From IMG/VR virus record IMGVR_UViG_3300014695_000002, positions 22,000 through 85,999 of that record: a DNA stretch of 64,000 bases. One strand, given 5' to 3'. This stretch comes from a virus (taxonomy: Duplodnaviria > Caudoviricetes). This document shows positions 16,711 through 25,541 of the stretch, one piece after another. Positions within the stretch are counted from its first letter, which is position 1; every line of letters begins with the position of its first letter. The notes below the pieces were generated by a model. It did not search any database, was not told the origin of the DNA, and saw only the letters and a list, made by a program, of their open reading frames with translations. Made by a program: the position numbers and the translations under genes.

Positions 16711-16717
16711 CTACTTT

Positions 16718-17482
16718 TTAAGATTTCTTTCGACTGCGTTTTGGCTTAGCTTCAGGCTCGGACAGGAGTTTGCTGATTTCCTCTTCGGTTAGAGGCGTTT
16801 CTTCGGCAAACTGACCTTCTCCTGCCTCAGTATCTGCCTTGAACTGCTCGTAAAGCTCTTTTGATGCTAGCATTTCTTCACAGTCATCGCAACCACATTC
16901 TTCAGCATCACGCAAGGCACGAGCTTCGAACATACGTTCCAATCGCTCACCGATTTGCTCATCCGTTAGCCAGATTTCTCTGTTACGAATTACTTGCTCT
17001 AGCTCCTCGGGAGTGAGGAAATCTTGATAAATCTCACGAACAAGTTTTTCTGTCTGACTTTGCGTAAAAGATACATGATCGTAAACGTTTTGAGCCGTAT
17101 TGTAAGTTCCGTAGCTTGCATTGTGCACGAGCATAGAAGCATAAGGTTTAACTTGAACACCGTCTGAAGAAAGCGCGATCATTGAGGCAGCACTATGGCA
17201 TTCACCCTCGATTACAGCTAACACATCTGCTTGGGATTCAGCGATAGAGTTACGGAACATAATAGCTGTGTCTAGCCGACCCCCTCCATTACAAATTAGC
17301 AGCTTTACGGTGTCCCCTGGATTTGCATTTCGAATAACTTGTAGCGCATCTCGATAATACCCAGGCTCGCGGATGCCTTCGTCAAGAAGGACCTCATAAA
17401 CCTTGGAGGTCATGGTGAACTCACTAACGGGACACTGGTTTTTGATAGGTAGTGCAATTTCTTCAAAATCATTCATGCGCAT
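16718..17482 (-). CDS. ClpP-like (S14) protease with acidic C-terminal extension
   Basis: LICNGGG, CHSAASMIAL (catalytic Ser), MLVHNAS (catalytic His). Confidence 0.85.
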   Translation of the reverse strand: MRMNDFEEIALPIKNQCPVSEFTMTSKVYEVLLDEGIREPGYYRDALQVIRNANPGDTVKLLICNGGGRLDTAIMFRNSIAESQADVLAVIEGECHSAASMIALSSDGVQVKPYASMLVHNASYGTYNTAQNVYDHVSFTQSQTEKLVREIYQDFLTPEELEQVIRNREIWLTDEQIGERLERMFEARALRDAEECGCDDCEEMLASKELYEQFKADTEAGEGQFAEETPLTEEEISKLLSEPEAKPKRSRKKS

Positions 17483-17492
17483 AAGTTACTCC

Positions 17493-18278
17493 TTAATCGG
17501 TGATGTCAACTTGGTAATTTAGCAGAGCTTCATAAGCCCGATTATCAATCTTACCTTTCCATTTTTCTGCAAGTTTAACAGCCAACATTTCCTTATGCTG
17601 CTTATATACATAGAATGCCTCCTCTACAGTTTCAAATCCTCCAAGGCATATAGGTCTTCCATTTTCTACGCTTTGGCTCCTAAAGTAAGAACTGCCATTA
17701 TACCTATAAGCAATGTCTACTCCAACAGGAAGATTGTTTTGTCTTTTCCTTTTGATAAATGAGTTTATCTCTTGAGGCAGATATATGCAAGTATTTTCTG
17801 AATACTCTTTATTGTTTTTGATAAGTAAATCTTTATCTAATTGCCAAGTCTCTTCAAAACCTATTTGCTTTGTCGCCCACTCTGCAAAGATTTGAAAATT
17901 CCACCAAGCTTTATTAATGGACTTATCTTTATAGCTATCCCTTACCTGCGTCTTAGAATAGCATCTTTTCATCATACTGTTCCAATCTGCATATTCAGGG
18001 GTATGCTTACCGTCAATTTTTGCTACATAGGGTCCTTGTCCATAAAATCCAATACCACAAACGGAGGGTTTACCAGGGTTTTTAAAAGAACCCATGAGAA
18101 GGTTGGCTGTTGTTACTACAACCTCAGCGCCGTAGTCGTCTGTGAATTTAAGCTTGTATCGCCTTTTATCCACAAACTCTATAACTTGAGCCTCGCAACC
18201 TTGCTTGTTTTTGAATAACCCTCCCAAGAATATTTTACGGTTCTTATGAAGACTTCCGTCTTTGTTTGCATATATCAT
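17493..18278 (-). CDS. HNH homing endonuclease
   Basis: WNSMMKRCY...WQLDKDLL..NNKEYSENTC.YLP.EIN; AT-rich; inserted between ClpP-like and PhoH genes. Confidence 0.85.
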   Translation of the reverse strand: MIYANKDGSLHKNRKIFLGGLFKNKQGCEAQVIEFVDKRRYKLKFTDDYGAEVVVTTANLLMGSFKNPGKPSVCGIGFYGQGPYVAKIDGKHTPEYADWNSMMKRCYSKTQVRDSYKDKSINKAWWNFQIFAEWATKQIGFEETWQLDKDLLIKNNKEYSENTCIYLPQEINSFIKRKRQNNLPVGVDIAYRYNGSSYFRSQSVENGRPICLGGFETVEEAFYVYKQHKEMLAVKLAEKWKGKIDNRAYEALLNYQVDITD

Positions 18279-19024
18279 TTGGGCGCTGGTCCTTCCTCTT
18301 CAAAGATTTCAACGAAAATTCGAGTCAAACCTGAGCGAACAATATCTTGCGGTGTAAATTCTACAACACCACACCCAGGAATATTATTCTTCTTCACAAG
18401 ATTGCAAAGATATTCAATACCAGACAGCCCGTGCAAGTCTTTTTGCTTATCATCGCCACAAAATGCAGCCTGACAACCTTCAGCTAGTCGAGTAACTAGG
18501 CTACGGATTTCGTCTGGTGAGCAGTTTTGTGCTTCATCAATAATAACATAAGTTGCACTATCAAAGTTCATTCCACGCACAGCTTCCATCGGTTGAATTA
18601 AAATATTTCGACCAAAATCAGCTTCATAGCGTGCTGACCCAATTCGCTCTTTGATCGTATTTAGGATCGGAAGGAGGTATGGCTCCAACTTTTCTCGAAT
18701 AGTACCCGGCCAAAATCCTGACGATTTACCCATGCCAACCAAAGGTCGCATGACAACAATTTGACTAATTTCTCCTTTTAGGTATTTGTTTGCAGCAACG
18801 CTAGCGGCGCACCAAGACTTACCACTACCAGCGCTCCCCCGACCTACAGTAATTGCGTTAAACTGTAGACTATGCAAGTATAGCTTTTGATTTTCTCCCT
18901 TTGCGGTGATTGGTTTAGCTTGTTCAAGACGGTCTTCTTGAAACTTTGCACGAACAACCTTCTCTCCCCGGTTTAGTCGTTTCTCTTCCCGTGCTGCCAT
19001 TACATCTGCTTGATTACGCTTCAT
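18275..19024 (-). CDS. phoH: PhoH-family ATPase
   Basis: GSAGSGKS Walker A; RP; RG..F; IIDEAQN; GD..Q; IVRS motifs. Confidence 0.92.
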   Translation of the reverse strand: MKRNQADVMAAREEKRLNRGEKVVRAKFQEDRLEQAKPITAKGENQKLYLHSLQFNAITVGRGSAGSGKSWCAASVAANKYLKGEISQIVVMRPLVGMGKSSGFWPGTIREKLEPYLLPILNTIKERIGSARYEADFGRNILIQPMEAVRGMNFDSATYVIIDEAQNCSPDEIRSLVTRLAEGCQAAFCGDDKQKDLHGLSGIEYLCNLVKKNNIPGCGVVEFTPQDIVRSGLTRIFVEIFEEEGPAPK

Positions 19025-19033
19025 AAAGTCTCC

Positions 19034-19210
19034 TTAGAAAATCAAAACACCGGCCCAAATTGCAATGCCAAGAGAGATCAGAAAATTTGCCAAGTCTGTT
19101 CCTTTGGTATTATTAACAACACGTGGGTAATTGGAACTGCTAATGTGAGTCATCATAATACCCATGTTTAATAGGTTTGAGATAAAAATGACCATAACAA
19201 ATGTAATCAT
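19034..19210 (-). CDS. two-TM membrane protein, 58 aa
   Basis: Hand translation MITFVMVIFISNLL...FLISLGIAIWAGVLIF; GGAGG RBS. Confidence 0.6.
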   Translation of the reverse strand: MITFVMVIFISNLLNMGIMMTHISSSNYPRVVNNTKGTDLANFLISLGIAIWAGVLIF

Positions 19211-19347
19211 CAACCGCCCTCCTTAAAAGGATCAATTCGCATACCACCTTTAGATGTGACGTGCAGTGTTTTAAGCTTCTTGTACTGTTTCAATATCTTA
19301 TTTTCTTCTTTAGTCAGGAAGAAAAGCATTCTAAATAAAGACAGCAT
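19210..19347 (-). CDS. small protein, 45 aa
   Basis: MLSLFRMLFFLTKEENKILKQYKKLKTLHVTSKGGMRIDP; GAGGAG RBS. Confidence 0.55.
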   Translation of the reverse strand: MLSLFRMLFFLTKEENKILKQYKKLKTLHVTSKGGMRIDPFKEGG

Positions 19348-19527
19348 CTACTCCTCCTCCGGCACTGCAATAATAATCATCGGTTCAACATCTCTCGCAA
19401 CAACACACTGCTCACCAAACTCATCCAACTTTACCTGAAGCTGTTTTATCAAAGCTTTGTTTTGAACTTGCATAAACACAAGTCCAAGCACCACAATCAG
19501 AACAAAGATGTTGGTGGCTTTAGTCAT
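19348..19527 (-). CDS. N-anchored membrane protein
   Basis: Start at MTKATNIFVL after GGAGGG. Confidence 0.65.
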   Translation of the reverse strand: MTKATNIFVLIVVLGLVFMQVQNKALIKQLQVKLDEFGEQCVVARDVEPMIIIAVPEEE

Positions 19528-19675
19528 TAGATTTATCCCTCCAGTTCTTAGATAGCTCAATCCGAGCTTGCAACTCTTCATCCGACTCATTGTCTTTACG
19601 CTTGATACCATGCAAGAAGGCTAGTGCGTCAATACCTTTACCAAGACCCTCAGCAAACTTCTGATACTGATCCAT
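19520..19675 (-). CDS. small protein, 51 aa
   Basis: MDQYQKFAEGLGKGIDALAFLHGIKRKDNESDEELQARI...; GGAGG RBS. Confidence 0.6.
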   Translation of the reverse strand: MDQYQKFAEGLGKGIDALAFLHGIKRKDNESDEELQARIELSKNWRDKSND

Positions 19676-19866
19676 CACAGACAGCCTCCAATAATGTAGC
19701 TAATAGTTTCTTTAGCAGTCATTCCAGACTTGTATGCTTGCCAGATATCATTAGCCTTACTCTTGATAAGAGCTTTCTGACTACCTTTAGCATCACCAAC
19801 TACTTGTGCGTAAAAATCTGACCACGAAATTTGTTGTTGTTGTGCGTTCATTTTATTTCTCCTCAA
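19675..19866 (-). CDS. hypothetical protein
   Basis: ORF track. Confidence 0.65.
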   Translation of the reverse strand: MRRNKMNAQQQQISWSDFYAQVVGDAKGSQKALIKSKANDIWQAYKSGMTAKETISYIIGGCL

Positions 19867-20054
19867 CGATTAGTCTTATTTTGTCTGCTGTCGATAGTGT
19901 AAATAATATCTTCTGCGGATTCAATCACCCAATGATTTTTACCTTCTGCGATGATTAATGTGTTCCCACCATCCTCTTCCATTGAGGTAATCCTATCTGG
20001 ACAGATGTATACATTCTTTTGATCACGTGCCCGGGTTAGCCTTAGTAAATTCAT
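19863..20054 (-). CDS. small beta-rich protein (FlbD-like pattern)
   Basis: LRLTR...VYICPDRITSME...TLI...VIESAEDI resembles the FlbD family. Confidence 0.6.
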   Translation of the reverse strand: MNLLRLTRARDQKNVYICPDRITSMEEDGGNTLIIAEGKNHWVIESAEDIIYTIDSRQNKTNR

Positions 20055-20395
20055 ATCATGGCTCCTATTTGTGCGGCAGCCTCTACAATAGCTTGCCGAG
20101 TCATTAAGTCTACATTAGCATTGTTCGTATAATGTCGAACAGAGAGAACTTTTGAGTTTGGACCAGAGTTATCTGAAATTATTACAGAAAGCTTTTCACC
20201 ATTCAATCCCGACTTGCTGTGTGCTACACAAAAACTATGATAATTTGCTAATCGAAAGGCAACACCATCATCTTCTAGTGGTCTCCAAACTTCAAGCACA
20301 CCGTCAAAAAAGCTTGGACTATCTTTAAATGCGTCAGGAATTTTGTTTGCTGACAACGCAGCTAGCTCTAAAAGATTACGATAGTCCATCTTCAA
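20051..20395 (-). CDS. conserved phage hypothetical protein
   Basis: LLELAALSA...WRPLEDDG.AFRLA...TRQAIVEAAA motif. Confidence 0.7.
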   Translation of the reverse strand: MKMDYRNLLELAALSANKIPDAFKDSPSFFDGVLEVWRPLEDDGVAFRLANYHSFCVAHSKSGLNGEKLSVIISDNSGPNSKVLSVRHYTNNANVDLMTRQAIVEAAAQIGAMI

Positions 20396-20663
20396 TCTCC
20401 TCCTGTACTCTATAACCTGCTACTACAAAAATAGGCTCAAGTTTGATTACTTTGTAAGCCCCGTCGAGATGTCGGGAAGACTCTGAGCCGCCATCAGCAC
20501 CTCTAAACTTACTCATAAATTCGGCAATTCTACCTCGGCTTTCAAATACAAGAACTCGGCTGTCATTCAAAACAGAAGTAGTCAATGCTTGGTTTTCATA
20601 ACCTTTTATGATCAAACGCTCTTTACCCTTCTTTGTCTTGTAGATACAACCGAACTTATTCAT
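20376..20663 (-). CDS. hypothetical protein, paralogue of 24720..25127
   Basis: FG.IYK.K.G...DS.VL.F.S....FMS...LDG.YKVI.LEP shared. Confidence 0.75.
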   Translation of the reverse strand: MNKFGCIYKTKKGKERLIIKGYENQALTTSVLNDSRVLVFESRGRIAEFMSKFRGADGGSESSRHLDGAYKVIKLEPIFVVAGYRVQEEIEDGLS

Positions 20664-20666
20664 GTA

Positions 20667-20807
20667 TTACTCCTTGTCTTTACACAAAAATTCATCTACC
20701 AACTCTTCCCATTCAAAACTATTTAGGAAGGGCTCTGACTCCTTGATTCCGTCATAATGGAATAGTGTAGCATCTTTCTGAGTTTCTGCCCATTCCAAAA
20801 AAGACAT
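20667..20807 (-). CDS. small acidic protein, 46 aa (FLEW family)
   Basis: MSFLEWAETQ...EELVDEFL. Confidence 0.6.
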   Translation of the reverse strand: MSFLEWAETQKDATLFHYDGIKESEPFLNSFEWEELVDEFLCKDKE

Positions 20808-20827
20808 AATTATAAATTTATCAGAAA

Positions 20828-21808
20828 TCACTTCTCTTCCTCCTGCTTTTTAAGCTTACCATTAAACTTCTCGTAGATTTTAACTATGTTGTCAAAATTG
20901 TTCAAGGTTGTTGTTTCAGTAAAACCTTCTTTCATAAAATCCTTACCTACAATACCTGTATTTAAAGCCAAAAAGCAAGCTTTTTCTGCTGATTTGCAAT
21001 CAGACTCATTTAGAAAAATCCATGTACCTAGCAAGTCAAAGTCTAGCTTATTCACATTCTTGAGTGCCTGCACCCTTAAATTTGTATTATTAGCAATTCC
21101 AAACTTCAAGGCAACCTCAATTTCTGAATCTCTTACAAGCAAAATATAAGCCTCTTTCTGCCTATAGTAGCTACAACAGGGTTTTCTACCATCCTTAAGG
21201 TGATGACTTTTGCTTTCAGACAAGCTACCACACTCAGGGCATTTTAGTAATAAATGACCTTGCTTTTCACTTTTGCAGAAAATAGTTCCTTCAGGAAATC
21301 TGCCGGTTTTAAATATTTTCTCTAAAGTTACTTCCATCTCTTCCGTTAGAGATTCTTTTATTCTAAAAATTCTCCTATTACTGCATGCTTGTCCTATCAT
21401 AAAATTAGCCATGATAGTATTTTCACTATACCCATAAGGTCCATCTAATTTAATCTTTGAGTGAACTCCGGTATACGGCTCAACAAAACCTAAGAAAATA
21501 TAACCTCTAGTTGAACACTCCCTGTCAATTCTCACTCTATTTTGTTCTTTAGTCCACTTAACAAGTTTACCACATCCACAAGGTAAGCTTCCGGACTTGA
21601 GTATGTAATACGGTATAGCAAAAATACCTTCTCCAAAAAGTTCCGAATCTTTACTACAGATAGAGCATCTACAAAAGTATTTTTTGGCAGTTCTTATTTT
21701 ACCACTCCAGCCTAAAATTTTAAACTGATCACTTTCTCCAAAAGTTTTTCCGGTGTTCTCATCTGTAATAAGTTCACTCTCCAATACACCAAAATCATCC
21801 CATTTCAT
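20828..21808 (-). CDS. putative mobile endonuclease (Zn-fingers plus C-terminal T5orf172/MUG113-like domain)
   Basis: CSIC, CGC, CPEC Zn motifs; ALKFGIAN...R...E..C..AE pattern; AT-rich. Confidence 0.55.
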   Translation of the reverse strand: MKWDDFGVLESELITDENTGKTFGESDQFKILGWSGKIRTAKKYFCRCSICSKDSELFGEGIFAIPYYILKSGSLPCGCGKLVKWTKEQNRVRIDRECSTRGYIFLGFVEPYTGVHSKIKLDGPYGYSENTIMANFMIGQACSNRRIFRIKESLTEEMEVTLEKIFKTGRFPEGTIFCKSEKQGHLLLKCPECGSLSESKSHHLKDGRKPCCSYYRQKEAYILLVRDSEIEVALKFGIANNTNLRVQALKNVNKLDFDLLGTWIFLNESDCKSAEKACFLALNTGIVGKDFMKEGFTETTTLNNFDNIVKIYEKFNGKLKKQEEEK

Positions 21809-22496
21809 CTTTACTCTGCGCTTCCAGAATCATTTTAGTTAATTTCTTGCGATCACGCTGTTTGACGCCAAACTTCCGTCCAACTTCTTGAAGGTCAGTC
21901 CAATAAAGCTCATCAAGCTCTTCCTTCGTATAAACAATTTTACCACAATCTTCTGACTCTGCAAGCTTTTTCTTCTCATCAGCTTCAAAATTAATCTCAT
22001 CATCAATGTCCCACTTCTCTTGAATGGTTAGCTGCTTTTCATAGCCCATGTCAAGTTCTTGTGCTTGCTCCACTAACTCTTCCATAGCTCGATTTGATTC
22101 TGCCTTTTCCCTAAGCGCATTCATTCGATCAAGTAGTTCTGAAGGCAGAGGTTCTACGTTTTCTTGTTCGATATCTTTTTCAAGTAGTCTTAGGAAAAAG
22201 TAAACATCACCTTCAGCTTCATCGTAGCGTTGATTCAACTTATCAAGACGAGCTTGCTTACCCCTTTCGGAGATTCGCTTAGACTGTTCTTGTGTCATTT
22301 CAATTACAGGCTGTTCAATCTCATCAAAGTCCAAGCTTTCTCTTACAAGCTTATACTCAACCACAAATGCACTGCCTTGCCGCCTTGGTTGAAAAGGAGT
22401 TTCCATCACAGGCTCATAGCCATTCTTGAACATCTCAAAGGCTTTTGCAAGCACCTCGTGAAAATAACTTGTAGAGTGTTTTACGTTGTCAGTCAC
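21795..22496 (-). CDS. acidic helical hypothetical protein
   Basis: ORF track 233 aa. Confidence 0.75.
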   Translation of the reverse strand: MTDNVKHSTSYFHEVLAKAFEMFKNGYEPVMETPFQPRRQGSAFVVEYKLVRESLDFDEIEQPVIEMTQEQSKRISERGKQARLDKLNQRYDEAEGDVYFFLRLLEKDIEQENVEPLPSELLDRMNALREKAESNRAMEELVEQAQELDMGYEKQLTIQEKWDIDDEINFEADEKKKLAESEDCGKIVYTKEELDELYWTDLQEVGRKFGVKQRDRKKLTKMILEAQSKDEMG

Positions 22497-22708
22497 TTAA
22501 GCTTCTCCTGAGCACACCAAACAAGAATATCTATGGCTGCTTTCTGTGAATCTGTAAGCTCATATTCGCCAAAATACTTATTCTCTGTTTCTGTAATGGC
22601 CCAAAGAACTTCATAATTTGAAAATTCCATAGGTTGCCCATTAGAAGAGACTCGTTTTAACCAGAAATCTTCATAGTCTTTGTATTTTAGAAAGCTATAC
22701 TCGCTCAT
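22493..22708 (-). CDS. hypothetical protein
   Basis: ORF track. Confidence 0.65.
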   Translation of the reverse strand: MSEYSFLKYKDYEDFWLKRVSSNGQPMEFSNYEVLWAITETENKYFGEYELTDSQKAAIDILVWCAQEKLK

Positions 22709-22860
22709 TCTTCCTCCAAATATTTTAAATATTCGTCAATAAGCTCTTCAGTTGCAGTGCTGTAAAGGATTGTTGGTTCATCATAACCATAGCAATAACA
22801 CAAATTAGTATCACAGCTATTTTCAGCCCATTCCAGAAACGCCAAAATGTCTTCTTTCAT
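22705..22860 (-). CDS. small acidic protein, 51 aa (FLEW family)
   Basis: MKEDILAFLEWAENSCD...EELIDEYL. Confidence 0.65.
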   Translation of the reverse strand: MKEDILAFLEWAENSCDTNLCYCYGYDEPTILYSTATEELIDEYLKYLEEE

Positions 22861-23018
22861 TTACTCAAAGCCTCCTGTGAATTAATAAATTCATCAATCA
22901 AGTCATTAATCTCTTCGTATGAAGTGTAGAAGTTAGTTGCATAACCTTCAAGATAACAAAGGCTAACTCTGTGCTGACCCTCTAACCAATACAAAAATGC
23001 CAAAATTTCTTCTTTCAT
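22857..23018 (-). CDS. small acidic protein, 53 aa (FLEW family)
   Basis: MKEEILAFLYWLEG...DLIDEFI. Confidence 0.65.
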   Translation of the reverse strand: MKEEILAFLYWLEGQHRVSLCYLEGYATNFYTSYEEINDLIDEFINSQEALSK

Positions 23019-23350
23019 CACATCTCCTTCAATTTAGTCAATAATTCATCAATCTTAACCGTCTTAACTTCAATATGTCCAAGCAGCACAACCAGTGCAT
23101 CCCTAAACACCCTATCCTTTTCACTCAAGCTTGATTTATTCTCCCCTACTTCCTCCATCTTGTCAACCTCTACTGGGTCATTTTCTTCCTTTGACCTGCT
23201 ATTGGTTACAGTTTCTTCTGCCATCTTAAGCTCAGTGTAGAATTTCTCATCATCTTGTGGGCAGTCAAAGCGAAATCCTCCTAAAAATGTTCGTGTGGTA
23301 GCAGGGATTGATTTGATTGCAGCCATTGTTTTGCTATCGATTTCGTTCAT
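23018..23350 (-). CDS. hypothetical protein
   Basis: ORF track. Confidence 0.65.
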   Translation of the reverse strand: MNEIDSKTMAAIKSIPATTRTFLGGFRFDCPQDDEKFYTELKMAEETVTNSRSKEENDPVEVDKMEEVGENKSSLSEKDRVFRDALVVLLGHIEVKTVKIDELLTKLKEM

Positions 23351-23499
23351 TTCTCCATTCCAGTTATAAGATAACCAATTCTAACAGCTTTAGCGTAGGT
23401 TGTATATAGATAACCTTCACGCTTGCTATATGCAAGCACGATATGGCCGTCGTCAAGAATTTGACCTGAGTAATTCACGAAGTCTTTTAGGTGATACAT
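23347..23499 (-). CDS. small protein, 50 aa
   Basis: Hand translation MYHLKDFVNYSGQILDDGHIVLAYSK...; TAATG and ATGA overlaps. Confidence 0.55.
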   Translation of the reverse strand: MYHLKDFVNYSGQILDDGHIVLAYSKREGYLYTTYAKAVRIGYLITGMEK

Positions 23500-23678
23500 T
23501 ATTTACATTCCTTTTCGTACTGACTATACAGATTCTCATATTCTTTGTATTGTGCGCACCAAGTCAGGTGTGGGTGCTCTGGATTACGTCCATTCATGCT
23601 GGCAGCAAACCCACCACAGTTGCAGTATTCTTTGTAACTATTTACACCTTTGGATTTTAACCACTCTAGATAGGTCAT
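23499..23678 (-). CDS. small Cys/His (Zn-binding-like) protein, 59 aa
   Basis: YCNCGG...HPHLTWC; GAGG RBS. Confidence 0.6.
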   Translation of the reverse strand: MTYLEWLKSKGVNSYKEYCNCGGFAASMNGRNPEHPHLTWCAQYKEYENLYSQYEKECK

Positions 23679-24109
23679 TATCGTTTACCTCGCTCTTCAA
23701 GTCTTTTCTTGATGTTAATACCAGCTTGTTTAGCAAGCTTACTGAGATTCAAAGGTCCTTCTGGATTCTCACTTACACAAAATCCACTCCGACATTCAAT
23801 ACCATAATCAATAAAGGCGTAGTATTCGAGAACATATTGCACTGTAGCTCCCCAACCGAAGATGTGAACTACTTTACCTTCTGTAAGCTTATCACCGCCA
23901 TTAGCAAACCAGAGGGTGTCGCCAATTTTGTATTGCAAGTTATTGACATCTTTCAAGCCTAATGCCTGCTTCCAAGCTTTCTGCCAAGTAGTCCAAGCAA
24001 TCTGCACCTCAGCAGTCATATAGCCGTGACCGTCCGCATAGTTAATTTGGACAGGCTTTCTCTGGGATGCCATATAGTCTTCAAATTCTTGACGCATTAA
24101 ATTTGTCAT
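23678..24109 (-). CDS. two-part hypothetical protein
   Basis: N-terminal RQEFE...Y....VQIAW..WQ motif; C-terminal SH3-like YKIGDTLWF. Confidence 0.7.
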   Translation of the reverse strand: MTNLMRQEFEDYMASQRKPVQINYADGHGYMTAEVQIAWTTWQKAWKQALGLKDVNNLQYKIGDTLWFANGGDKLTEGKVVHIFGWGATVQYVLEYYAFIDYGIECRSGFCVSENPEGPLNLSKLAKQAGINIKKRLEERGKR

Positions 24110-24318
24110 TTTCCCTCCGGAAAATCAATCGGTTTATCAGACCACTTCACATCCTCTGGTGCATATTTAACAAGCATCCAAGAGTGTGTCCACTCGTTCC
24201 AATAACTCAAGTCATCTTTATCCCACAGATAGTCGACTGGAACAATATCATGGTCTGTAATATTGTCTTTGTAGAAGTAGTAGCCGGGTGCGGTTGGTTT
24301 ATCTTTTGTCCAGATCAT
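24106..24318 (-). CDS. WT-P-G-Y family small protein (copy 3)
   Basis: MIWTKDKPTAPGYYFYKD. Confidence 0.7.
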   Translation of the reverse strand: MIWTKDKPTAPGYYFYKDNITDHDIVPVDYLWDKDDLSYWNEWTHSWMLVKYAPEDVKWSDKPIDFPEGK

Positions 24319-24527
24319 AATTCTGGTTCCTTCAAAGGTCCAGCAAATAAACAGTTTTTATGATCTTTCTGAAACCAAGCTTCAAAGTCAGGTCCGCTAC
24401 GGTATATCTGACCGTGTCCGTTTTCATAAAATTCAGCAATAAATGTGTAGTAAGAGTTATGGCCCCGACTAAGTACCCAGTAGTATCCTTCCTTAGTAGG
24501 ATAATTTTCAGTCCATTTCATTGACAT
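24315..24527 (-). CDS. WT-P-G-Y family small protein (copy 2)
   Basis: MKWTENYPTKEGYYWV...FAGPLKEP. Confidence 0.7.
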   Translation of the reverse strand: MSMKWTENYPTKEGYYWVLSRGHNSYYTFIAEFYENGHGQIYRSGPDFEAWFQKDHKNCLFAGPLKEPEL

Positions 24528-24733
24528 GATTTCACCTTCACCTCTTCTGGGATTTGCACAGGGATATTACTAAACTCAGCTTCGTATGGCAAGTCTGACC
24601 AGAAAATAAATTCTCTTTTTACTGGATGCCATACAGCACGACCTTGAAAGAAGATTCTTACCTCTGGCTCAGTTTCAGCATCGCGATACCAATATGCTCC
24701 AGGTTCTTTAGGAAATTGGCTAGTCCATTTCAT
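24518..24733 (-). CDS. WT-P-G-Y family small protein (copy 1)
   Basis: Start MKWTSQFPKEPGAYWYRD at 24733. Confidence 0.7.
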   Translation of the reverse strand: MKWTSQFPKEPGAYWYRDAETEPEVRIFFQGRAVWHPVKREFIFWSDLPYEAEFSNIPVQIPEEVKVKSCQ

Positions 24734-25127
24734 TTCTTTTCTCCCAAGCATCACAATATTCACAACGTTCTTCCCAACGCCCTTCGATACCGACCTGCTC
24801 TACGAATCCATCACCAAAGCAGTGCCAGCAATCAGTCCATTTAGGTTTATCTTCAATCTTTTCAGGGAATCTCCAGTTAACAATTGAATAAACAGGCTCA
24901 AGCTCAATCACTTTGTATTCACCATCTAGCTCACGTTCTGCTGCCATATATCCTTGTGCAGTCCAATGACTCATGAATTTGTGAGCTTTGTCTTTACTGT
25001 AGAAAGCTAGCACAGATGAATCTGAGCTGTAAAGGTCTGGAATAGCTTCGTTGTAGCGATCTGTTGCGACAACGAGCTCTTGTCCACCTTTTGATTTGTA
25101 GATTACTCCAAAGCGTCTGGTGCTCAT
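24720..25127 (-). CDS. hypothetical protein with C-terminal DnaJ-like CxxCxGxG finger; paralogue of 20376..20663
   Basis: DCWHCFGDG...CEYC tail appended to the shared domain. Confidence 0.75.
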   Translation of the reverse strand: MSTRRFGVIYKSKGGQELVVATDRYNEAIPDLYSSDSSVLAFYSKDKAHKFMSHWTAQGYMAAERELDGEYKVIELEPVYSIVNWRFPEKIEDKPKWTDCWHCFGDGFVEQVGIEGRWEERCEYCDAWEKRNEMD

Positions 25128-25220
25128 ATATTTATCCTCATTTTAAGGCCCCTACGAGCGCGTATAAGCAACGATCTACTATTAGGGGCTACGATGGTAT
25201 TGGGTAGCCTTTACAGGCCC

Positions 25221-25403
25221 TCAGAGAGTCTTATAATAGCCTTTAGACTTTAGGAACTCATATGCTTCTGATAAAGCGCTATTCGATCCCTGTGAAAGCA
25301 CCAGTCTTTCAATCACTTCAAAAGCCTGATAAAGCTCTTTGTTATCTTGCATGAGCTTGCGATAGAGGTCAAATGAAATTTCTACCTTCTCTAAATTATT
25401 CAA
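25221..25403 (-). CDS. hypothetical protein
   Basis: GAGGAGG RBS; first gene of the leftward block. Confidence 0.7.
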   Translation of the reverse strand: MNNLEKVEISFDLYRKLMQDNKELYQAFEVIERLVLSQGSNSALSEAYEFLKSKGYYKTL

Positions 25404-25434
25404 AGCGCACCTCCTCGTTTGGTTGATAGGACAT

Positions 25435-25462
25435 ACGATACCACAGATTTTCAGTGAGTCAA
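25435..25462 (-). promoter_or_regulatory. leftward sigma70-type promoter
   Basis: TTGACT-16-TATCGT with TG extension, divergent from the 25507 promoter. Confidence 0.6.
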
Positions 25463-25506
25463 CAGGTGAGTGAAAATATTTTTAGAAAGATTTTTGGCGG
25501 ATGGGC

Positions 25507-25535
25507 TTGACATCACAGCTAGAGCATGAGATACT
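25507..25535 (+). promoter_or_regulatory. sigma70-type promoter of candidate ncRNA A
   Basis: TTGACA-17-GATACT. Confidence 0.8.
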
Positions 25536-25541
25536 TCTAAA

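Noticed and set aside
10958-24844. Numerous + strand ORFs inside the leftward block (e.g. 10958, 17841, 23552)
   Set aside because: Shadow ORFs antisense to well-supported genes, without RBS
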